Assembly (NCBI GenBank): GCA_963704755.1
Contig: OY969938.1
Coordinates: 4,680,001-4,712,000 of the forward strand
Origin: an uncultured Chloroflexia bacterium
Lineage (GTDB): Bacteria; Chloroflexota; Anaerolineae; Anaerolineales; Anaerolineaceae
Length of the DNA: 32,000 nucleotides
Reading direction: 5' to 3'
The notes below the pieces were generated by a model, which was given only the letters and a program-made list of their open reading frames with translations, ran no database searches and was not told where the DNA came from. The position numbers and the translations under genes were made by a program. The stretch's first letter is position 1. Every line of letters starts with the position of its first letter. Shown here piece after piece: positions 25,181-32,000 of this stretch.

Positions 25181-27274
25181 TTGAAAGTATTACTATCTTA
25201 TTACTGTGAAATCGGAGGATCGGCCATATCTATTTTATTGATCGTCTACTTTGTAACCGGTTTATCCTTCAGCGGGTTAGGGCTGGCGGCATATCTCCAG
25301 CTCAATCGGGGGGGTAAGTTACCCCTTCGGAAACAAGTACCCTGGTTAGCCGCTTTCGGGTTTGCTTGCGGCGCAACCAGTTGGGTGGATATGCTCCTGG
25401 CCAGCGGTGCTTCTCCGGAAGTAACGAATATCCTGACAATTGTGCGTATGGTGGTGCACGCCCTTTCCGGTCTTTTACTCATGATTTTTGGCTGGGGTGT
25501 GCTGGACAATCTATCCCCCTTGCCGGGTTGGATAATCTTTATCCCGGCATTACTGATTGTTCCGATCGCCTATGTGATTACGTATGCTTCGACTACCTTT
25601 ATCACACCCTCTCCGATAGAAATCCCGGTCGATATCTGGTCGCGTTATTTATTGTATTTGCCTGGCAGTATCCTGGCCGGTATTGGTTTCCTGCGCGAAT
25701 GGCGGCAGGAGAAAAGACTGGGCTACCAGGACTCGGCTAATTTAATGTTGGGCGCCGGCCTGGCCTTCTTATTCGAGGCCTTTGTGGTCGGCCTGGTTGT
25801 ACCCGCAGCCCCCTACGGGCCGGCTTCGTACTATAACTACGACCGGGTGGGCTACAACGCTTTTATCGGTGAACCCTATTCCTCGTCCATTACCGGTGGC
25901 TTTATTACCTGGCTGGATAATGCCAGTGTTTTGCGAACAACCGGCCTGCCGATTGAATTCTGGCGAATGATCTCTGCCGTCGCAGTGACTTTCTTTGTCT
26001 CGCGGGGACTGGATGTTTTCGATACCACGCAGAAACGGGAACTAAAAATATTACAGGAAGAGCGCGACCTGGCCCAAAAAGCCGCATTCGAAGCGCAGAT
26101 TGTGGCCCGGCAGACAGCCGAGCGTTGGACGGAAACTTTGGTCAGTATCAATCGCCAGATCGTCGCGCTGGAGAATGTGGACAATATCCTCCAATTTGTG
26201 GTCGAGAAAGCGCGCCAGTTGCTGGATGCAGATTTTATCGGATTGGCTATCTTGAACGAGGCCCAATCGGCGCTCGAAATGAAATGTTATTCCGACGATC
26301 GCTTTACCCAAATGGTAGATCCGCCTCAAGTTGTGGAGAATTCGCTCATCCTGAAGGTTTTGTCCGATTTTCACTTCTATTTGTCCAAAGAAGATACGCC
26401 GCCCGCATTGTTGAAGAACGTGTGCCTGAATTCCGGCTTGGAAGCCAATTCACTGGCCGTGGTCCGGCTGGATTTGGACAATCGCCCAATTGGTGCGCTT
26501 TGGATTGCCAGGTACACCCACCGGCCTTTCAGCGAAACGGATATTATCTGGCTGGAATGTATGGCCGATCAGATCGTCATTGCCATTCAACAGGGATTGA
26601 TGACCGCGCAGTTGCAATCCCTGTCGATCGTCGAAGAACGCGGCCGGATCGCTCGCGACATGCACGACGGGCTTGCCCAGGTGTTGGGTTATTTGAACCT
26701 GCAGTTGCAGACCTTAGAGGCATTGCTCAAGCAAGGCAAGCTGGATCATTTCCATGAAGAGCTTGAGCAAATGCGTAAAGCGATCCAGTTGGCCAACGCC
26801 GATGTGCGCGAAAACATCCTGAGCTTACGGACGACACTGGCCAATGATAAGAGCCTGTTCTCGGCAATCGATGAGTATATCGCCGAATTTGGCCTGCAAA
26901 CCGGGATCGATGTCCATTTCGACAACCAGATCGAAGGAAATATCAATCTTTCTTCGATCGCTGAAGTCCAACTGGTCTGTATCCTACAGGAAGCTTTGAC
27001 GAATGTTCGCAAGCATGCGCGCGCCAGCCACGTGACGGTGGTGGTCACTCGTGAGAACGAAGAAATTTTGATGAAGATTGTCGACGACGGCCAGGGTTTC
27101 GTGATGCATAGCTCCAAATTAAGCTTTGGCTTGCAAACCATGAACGAGAGGGCCCAAAGCGCCAAAGGCCGGGTCGTTATCCATTCTGAACTGGAGAAGG
27201 GGACCCAGGTCGAATGCCGCCTGCCGTGTTTGCCGTCGGAAAAGTTCTACCAGAATAGTGTGATCTTGTCATGA
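25181..27274 (+). CDS. Sensor histidine kinase (polytopic membrane N-domain, coiled coil, GAF, HisKA_3, HATPase_c)
   Basis: 697 aa. The first 280 aa or so contain about 7-8 hydrophobic helices. The H-box is EERGRIARDMHDGLAQVLG (NarX/LiaS-type HisKA_3), the N-box is ILQEALTNVRKHA and the G-box is DDGQGF. The start (TTG 25181) is uncertain. Confidence 0.85.
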   Translation: MKVLLSYYCEIGGSAISILLIVYFVTGLSFSGLGLAAYLQLNRGGKLPLRKQVPWLAAFGFACGATSWVDMLLASGASPEVTNILTIVRMVVHALSGLLLMIFGWGVLDNLSPLPGWIIFIPALLIVPIAYVITYASTTFITPSPIEIPVDIWSRYLLYLPGSILAGIGFLREWRQEKRLGYQDSANLMLGAGLAFLFEAFVVGLVVPAAPYGPASYYNYDRVGYNAFIGEPYSSSITGGFITWLDNASVLRTTGLPIEFWRMISAVAVTFFVSRGLDVFDTTQKRELKILQEERDLAQKAAFEAQIVARQTAERWTETLVSINRQIVALENVDNILQFVVEKARQLLDADFIGLAILNEAQSALEMKCYSDDRFTQMVDPPQVVENSLILKVLSDFHFYLSKEDTPPALLKNVCLNSGLEANSLAVVRLDLDNRPIGALWIARYTHRPFSETDIIWLECMADQIVIAIQQGLMTAQLQSLSIVEERGRIARDMHDGLAQVLGYLNLQLQTLEALLKQGKLDHFHEELEQMRKAIQLANADVRENILSLRTTLANDKSLFSAIDEYIAEFGLQTGIDVHFDNQIEGNINLSSIAEVQLVCILQEALTNVRKHARASHVTVVVTRENEEILMKIVDDGQGFVMHSSKLSFGLQTMNERAQSAKGRVVIHSELEKGTQVECRLPCLPSEKFYQNSVILS

Positions 27275-27314
27275 ACGTGAATTCCATTATGGAAATAAAA
27301 GGTCAAAGGCTGGA

Positions 27315-28226
27315 ATGAACCTACGTGAATGGGCTCTACCCGTATATACAATTTTGATACAGATGGCCACCGGCGCCTTGGCCACACTTTGGATCATCCG
27401 GGCCGTGGGGTTATCCAAATACAGCCATGCTGAAATGGACGGTTTGACTCAAAACCCGGTGATCATCATCATACTGACCATTTTTGTGGCGATGATCGGG
27501 TCGCATTTTCATCTCAGCCGGCCATATTTGTCCATTTTGGCCATCAGCAACTTTAAATCTTCCTGGTTGAGTCGTGAGATTGTTTTTACCATCATTTTCG
27601 CCGCATTTGTCGGGGCGGTTTTTTTGCTGCAAACCATTTTACACTTCCATGGTGTGCTGACGGATGTAATGGGCTGGCTGGGGGTGCTTTTCGGAATTGT
27701 GACGATTTATAGTATGTCGCGGGTATATCAATTGCCCACCCAGGTCGCCTGGAATACTCCGATCACCACGTATTCTTTCTTTGCGACGACCGTTCTCTTG
27801 GGCGTACTGGCCACGGCCGCGATCTTGCTGTTTGACCTGAGGCTTGTGGAATTTCAGGACCGCGAAAAAGTCGAACTGCGCAGTGCGATCATTCACCAGT
27901 CCATCAAATGGCTGGCCGGTGTAGCGATTTTCATGGTGGCTGTAGTCGTATTTCTCGATTATTTGCTGATTGTGTCCCTGAAAGGCCAGGGCGAGGTCGC
28001 TCATTTAAGTCTGGACCTCTTTCTAAATTTGTATAAACCATTAATCATCTTGCGGCTGATCACCTTGTCAGTTGGGGTGGGGTGGTTAGCTATTGCCGTT
28101 TTCTCGAAGAAGAAACCCAGGCAGCCGTTGATTGTACCGGTTTACATGTCGTGCTTATTGGTTTTGATTGGTGAGATATTAGGACGGTTTTTATTTTATG
28201 CCACCCATATTCGCCTTGGTATTTAG
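27315..28226 (+). CDS. dmsC: DmsC/YnfH-family membrane anchor subunit (DMSO-reductase type)
   Basis: 303 aa with about 8 TM helices. The N-terminus REWALPVYTILIQMATGA resembles the DmsC HEWPLMIFTVFGQCVAG motif, and the size matches DmsC. Confidence 0.65.
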   Translation: MNLREWALPVYTILIQMATGALATLWIIRAVGLSKYSHAEMDGLTQNPVIIIILTIFVAMIGSHFHLSRPYLSILAISNFKSSWLSREIVFTIIFAAFVGAVFLLQTILHFHGVLTDVMGWLGVLFGIVTIYSMSRVYQLPTQVAWNTPITTYSFFATTVLLGVLATAAILLFDLRLVEFQDREKVELRSAIIHQSIKWLAGVAIFMVAVVVFLDYLLIVSLKGQGEVAHLSLDLFLNLYKPLIILRLITLSVGVGWLAIAVFSKKKPRQPLIVPVYMSCLLVLIGEILGRFLFYATHIRLGI

Positions 28227-28303
28227 CATGATGAGCCCTCACATTTCCGGGCAACGCCGTTTCGTTCGAAAAAACCGTTGAATTGTTCGAGGAGAATGAA
28301 AAA

Positions 28304-28972
28304 ATGACGATCAGAGTATTAATCGCGGATGACCACAAATTATTTCGCCAGGGGTTGATCAGCCTGATGCACACGCGTGAGGACTTGATCGAGGTAGTTG
28401 GAGAGGCGGAAAATGGCAAAGAGGCAATTTACCTGGCGGAGCAGTACCGCCCGGACGTGATCCTGATGGATATCTATATGCCCGAAATCGATGGGTTACA
28501 GGCAACCAAAGAAATCCGTAGTCGTTTTCCCGGAATATCCGTGGTTATGCTGACTTCCTCGGAGAACGACGAGCATTTATTCGAATCTGTACGCCTGGGC
28601 GCTTCGGGTTATCTGTTGAAGAGCCTGGATGCTGACGAGTTGTTCGATATGATTTCTGGAGTCATCCAGGGCGAAGCCGCCATGACCAAAGCGATGGCAA
28701 GCAGGTTATTGAAGGGATTTGCCCGCCATTCGGGCAGCAACACCCAAAGTGAAGAGCAACTCACGGAGCGGGAGCTGATGGTGCTTAAACTGGTTGCGAT
28801 CGGAAATAGCAACCAGGAGATCGCCGAAGAGCTTTCGATCTCGATCAACACAGTAAAAAGCCATCTGAAGAGCATTTTGGGCAAGCTTCAACTGGATAAT
28901 CGTACCCAGGCGGCGGCTTACGCGGTTAATTCCGGGTTGGCGACGCCCCCAACGAACATACTCATTAATTAA
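28304..28972 (+). CDS. NarL/LuxR-family response regulator
   Basis: REC domain (VLIADDHKLFRQG...ILMDIYMPEIDG...MLTS...YLLKS) and a LuxR-type HTH (LTERELMVLKLVAIGNSNQEIAEELSISINTVKSHLKSILGKL). ATG 28304 has a GAGGAG RBS; the track start at 28283 is a TTG. Confidence 0.9.
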   Translation: MTIRVLIADDHKLFRQGLISLMHTREDLIEVVGEAENGKEAIYLAEQYRPDVILMDIYMPEIDGLQATKEIRSRFPGISVVMLTSSENDEHLFESVRLGASGYLLKSLDADELFDMISGVIQGEAAMTKAMASRLLKGFARHSGSNTQSEEQLTERELMVLKLVAIGNSNQEIAEELSISINTVKSHLKSILGKLQLDNRTQAAAYAVNSGLATPPTNILIN

Positions 28973-29058
28973 ACACTCCACCGGGTGAGACAAGACTACA
29001 CCAGCGAGGGTATTCGTGAAAGGAGAGAAAGCGTATAGTTTGATTGTGCAAAAGCGGT

Positions 29059-29252
29059 AGTGAAAACGATACTGCCCGAGTGAAAGCCAAGACAAATTAA
29101 ATGTCAAGTAGTAGCGTTTGCACTTATCCAAATCATAATCAGGAGGCTCTCTTTCTCACAAAAAAAAATTATGAATCTGTCCAACTTCCATGTTATTTGT
29201 CTGCAAAAGAAAAGCAACTCATTTAGAAAGAACGATAAGCGTTTTCACTCGG
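29059..29252. promoter_or_regulatory. Three copies of a (G)AGTGAAA(A/G)C box in the dmsA upstream region
   Basis: agtgaaaacg 29059-29068 (+), gagtgaaag 29078-29086 (+), and cgttttcactcgg 29240-29252, which is ccgagtgaaaacg on the minus strand. These may be binding sites for the adjacent LuxR-type regulator. Confidence 0.3.
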
Positions 29253-29262
29253 AGGAGAATTC

Positions 29263-31668
29263 ATGAACAATAACAATTTCCTCACCAAGGTCTTGACCGA
29301 AAATGCAATCTCCCGGCGGAGTTTCATTAAGTGGAGTGCTATTTTGGGCGGCACAACCGCGTTAGCGGGTGGCCTCAAATTTGGATTAAAGCCCAACTCA
29401 AGTGCCCAGGCTGCCAGTGAGGAACAGATCGAGACAGTGGCGTGCTATCACAACTGCGGTGGCCGGTGTATCCTGGCTGCCCATGTGCAGGATGGCACCG
29501 TGGTCAGATTATCCCCTGACCCGACTACCGAAGAGGATCCTATCCACAACCCACGCGCTATCCCATGCCTGCGTGGTCGCTCCCAGACCCATCGTGTGTA
29601 TGCTGCTGAACGGCTTAAATACCCGCTCAAGCGGACCGGCAAACGTGGCGACGGACAATTCGAGCGGATTAGCTGGGATGAGGCTCTGAACACCATTGCT
29701 GACCAGATGAAACGCATCAAAGACAAATATGGTTCCGATGCTTTCTGGTACCACTATGCCTCCGGAGTTAACTGGACCGGCCCGAACGGTAGAGGCCCTA
29801 TCCAGCGTGTGATGAATTTGTTTGGTGGCTACACTTCTTACTACGGCTCTTACAGTACCGCCTGCTATTCAGCAGTTATGCCCTATATTACGGGCGGGTC
29901 CGGAAATACCGCGGACGATGTGCTGAATTCAAAGCTGGTGGTTTTGTTCGGTGATAACTCGGTGGTTACCCGCTCTGGTGGGGATAACTCCGGTTATTAC
30001 TACATGAAGGCCAAAGAGAACGGCACGAAATTTATCGTTATCGACCCGCTCAAGACCGATACTGCCGTCGCTTTGGAAGCTGATTGGTACCCGATTTACC
30101 CCGGTACCGATACCGCTTTGATGGCTGCCCTGGCGCACGTCATGGTGACCGAGAACCTGTACGATAAAGACTTCATGGCCAAGTACTCCGTCGGTTTCGA
30201 CGAAGATACCCTGCCAGAAGGTGCCCCGGCTAACAGTTCCTGGATGGCTTACATCATGGGCCAGGCCGACGGCGTCGAGAAGACCCCCGAATGGGCTTCC
30301 CAGATCACCGGTTTGCCGGTAAACAGCATCAAACAATTGGCCCGCCAGATGGCCTCCGTGAAACCCTGCGCAATGTTCCAGGGTTGGGGCTGGAACCGCC
30401 GGGCTTACGGCGAGCAGCCGTGCCGCGCTCTGCCGATCCTGGCTGCCATGACCGGCAACTTCGGTATCAGCGGTGGCGGCCCAGGTATGCGCCCCAGTGG
30501 TATGAGCTTCAAGATCACAGGTTTTCCTGTCCCGGCCAACCCTGTCAAGGCCGTTATCCCGGTCTTCAAGTGGCCTGATTTCGTTACCCGTGGCAGCGAG
30601 ATGACCTCCGGTCTGCAAGACATGATCCGCGGCGTGGACAAGCTGGATGCCAACATGAAGTTCATGATGAACTATGGCGGCAATACCCTCCTCAACCAGC
30701 ACTCCGACATCAATGGCACCGCCAAGATGCTACAGGATGAATCCTTGCTGGAGTTCATCGTCACGATCGAAGTGCAGATGACCCCGAGTGCCAAATTCTC
30801 GGATATCGTCCTGCCTGATACCACCGGTTTCGAATCCGACAACATCATTACCGGTGAGGGACACGGCGAAAAAGGCAACCATGCCTGGGTGTTATACAAC
30901 CATGCAGTGATCGAGCCGATGTACGAATGCCAGCCTTCCCTGTGGATTGCTGAACAACTGGCCAATCGCCTCGGTATTGGCGATGATTTCCGCGATGGTC
31001 ACACCACTGCAGAAGACTGGACCAAAGACATAATCGCCTCGGCCCAGCAGAATTACCCCGACTTCCCGTCCGAAGACGAATTCAAGAAAGTAGGCATTTA
31101 CAAAGTTTCCAGCGACCAACCGGTTATTTCGTTTGCCGACTTCGTTGCCGATCCGGATGCCAACCCTCTGAAGACCCAAACCGGGAAAATCGAGATCTAT
31201 TCTCCGTACCTGGCGAGCCTCAATTCCCCCGATGATATTCCGGCCATCCCGAAATACATCCCCGAATGGGAAGGTGTCAGCGATCCGCTGAAGGACAAAT
31301 ACCCGCTGCTGATGGAAACGACCCACTGGATCGGTCGTTCGCACTCGACCTTTGACAATGTGGATTATCTCCGCGAAGCCCATCCCCAGTGCTTCTGGAT
31401 TAACCCCATCGATGCCGAAGCGCGTGGGATCAAGAACGGCGACATGATCAAGGTCTTCAATGACCGTGGCGAAGTTCACCTTCCGGCTTACGTAACGCTC
31501 CGTGTTCGCCCAGGCGTCACCAACATGCCTCAAGGCGGCTGGTACACTCCGGACAGCAATGGGGTCGATACTCGCGGTTGTGGCAATGTTTTGACCAAGT
31601 ATCAACCGACACCCTTCGCCAAGGGGAACCCGCAGCATACCAACCTGGTTCAGGTTGCAAAGCTTTAA
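29263..31668 (+). CDS. dmsA: Molybdopterin oxidoreductase catalytic subunit, DmsA type (Tat-exported S-/N-oxide reductase family)
   Basis: 801 aa with a GGAGGAG RBS. It has the twin-arginine signal SRRSFIKWSAILGG...AQA and the FS0 cluster motif CYHNCGGRC (as in E. coli CTVNCGSRC). YGSYSTA aligns with the DmsA Ser Mo-ligand region. Confidence 0.88.
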   Translation: MNNNNFLTKVLTENAISRRSFIKWSAILGGTTALAGGLKFGLKPNSSAQAASEEQIETVACYHNCGGRCILAAHVQDGTVVRLSPDPTTEEDPIHNPRAIPCLRGRSQTHRVYAAERLKYPLKRTGKRGDGQFERISWDEALNTIADQMKRIKDKYGSDAFWYHYASGVNWTGPNGRGPIQRVMNLFGGYTSYYGSYSTACYSAVMPYITGGSGNTADDVLNSKLVVLFGDNSVVTRSGGDNSGYYYMKAKENGTKFIVIDPLKTDTAVALEADWYPIYPGTDTALMAALAHVMVTENLYDKDFMAKYSVGFDEDTLPEGAPANSSWMAYIMGQADGVEKTPEWASQITGLPVNSIKQLARQMASVKPCAMFQGWGWNRRAYGEQPCRALPILAAMTGNFGISGGGPGMRPSGMSFKITGFPVPANPVKAVIPVFKWPDFVTRGSEMTSGLQDMIRGVDKLDANMKFMMNYGGNTLLNQHSDINGTAKMLQDESLLEFIVTIEVQMTPSAKFSDIVLPDTTGFESDNIITGEGHGEKGNHAWVLYNHAVIEPMYECQPSLWIAEQLANRLGIGDDFRDGHTTAEDWTKDIIASAQQNYPDFPSEDEFKKVGIYKVSSDQPVISFADFVADPDANPLKTQTGKIEIYSPYLASLNSPDDIPAIPKYIPEWEGVSDPLKDKYPLLMETTHWIGRSHSTFDNVDYLREAHPQCFWINPIDAEARGIKNGDMIKVFNDRGEVHLPAYVTLRVRPGVTNMPQGGWYTPDSNGVDTRGCGNVLTKYQPTPFAKGNPQHTNLVQVAKL

Positions 31669-31681
31669 GAGGAGATGAACC

Positions 31682-32000
31682 ATGGCTAAACAATATGCAT
31701 TTTATGTGAACCTCGAGGCCTGCTCGGGTTGTAAAGCCTGCCAGGTGGCCTGCAAGGATAAAAACGATCTTCCAGAAGGGCTGCGCTGGCGGCGTGTGAT
31801 GGAATACGAAAGTGGCCAATGGGTGCCGCAGGATGGTGACTTCATCCCCAGCAACGTTTCGGTCAGTTTCATCTCGACGGCCTGCATGCACTGCGAAGAT
31901 CCAATTTGTATGAAAGTCTGCCCGACCGAGGCCATCTACAAACGCGACGATGGCATCGTGTTGATCGACCAGACCCGCTGCGTTGGCTGCCGGTACTGCT
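31682..32000 (+). CDS. dmsB: DmsB-type 4Fe-4S electron-transfer subunit (5' partial, runs off window)
   Basis: My translation is MAKQYAFYVNLEACSGCKACQVACKDKND...CMHCEDPICMKVCPTEAIYKRDDGIVLIDQTRCVGCRYC, showing classic CxxCxxCxxxC ferredoxin motifs. It is absent from the ORF track because no stop lies in the window. Confidence 0.9.
   Translation, partial: MAKQYAFYVNLEACSGCKACQVACKDKNDLPEGLRWRRVMEYESGQWVPQDGDFIPSNVSVSFISTACMHCEDPICMKVCPTEAIYKRDDGIVLIDQTRCVGCRYC

Noticed and set aside
29171-29266. 31-aa upstream ORF (MNLSNFHVICLQKKSNSFRKNDKRFHSEENS) whose TGA overlaps the dmsA ATG (ATGA)
   Set aside because: The nearest AGGAGG is about 25 nt upstream of its ATG, which is too far. The composition looks non-coding and I have no conservation evidence. 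It is only worth revisiting if ribosome profiling exists.
29929-31683. Long minus-strand ORFs (29929-30702, 30892-31683) and others inside dmsA
   Set aside because: These are shadow frames. The plus strand encodes a full-length Tat-signal DmsA-type molybdoenzyme.
31517-31935. Minus-strand ORFs 31517-31891 and 31702-31935
   Set aside because: They are antisense to the end of dmsA and to the clearly Cys-motif-bearing dmsB start.

Overview
Moderately GC-rich bacterial chromosomal window. The gene content looks Chloroflexota/Anaerolineae-like, but this is a low-confidence impression from protein signatures only. By eye I found no rRNA, tRNA, CRISPR array, transposase, integrase or phage genes. 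Coding density is high and I support about 27 genes. (1) 0.3-9.8 kb holds housekeeping and envelope genes: deoxynucleoside kinase, UMF1-type MFS transporter, PlsC-type acyltransferase, a minus-strand block rseP(S2P)-HEAT protein-membrane gluzincin-acylphosphatase, an isolated mevalonate-pathway decarboxylase, a DUF1059 protein and a hypothetical protein. (2) 10.0-22.7 kb is one co-directional, tightly packed chemosensory operon: cheW, cheR-TPR (interrupted by a 1-nt frameshift), cheW, two tandem MCPs, cheA-REC hybrid, cheB, and a 958-aa REC-PAS-PAS-GAF-GAF-HD-GYP protein. This is the component set of a Wsp-type pathway, except that the output is a predicted c-di-GMP phosphodiesterase instead of a cyclase. 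I consider it the most interesting system in the window. The two MCP genes share an 814-bp, about 99 % identical 3' module while their sensor halves have diverged. (3) 22.8-24.8 kb encodes a CopB-type (CPH motif, His-rich N-terminus) P1B ATPase on the minus strand. (4) 25.2-32.0 kb encodes a polytopic GAF/HisKA_3 histidine kinase, a DmsC-family membrane anchor, a NarL/LuxR response regulator, Tat-dependent DmsA and the start of DmsB, with the anchor gene unusually embedded in the two-component pair. Three long perfect palindromic hairpins form a small repeat family in intergenic DNA (48-92, 1159-1213, 25043-25097). Two of them share an 18-nt flanking box in opposite orientation. All domain calls come from motif recognition by eye, and no database search was possible.
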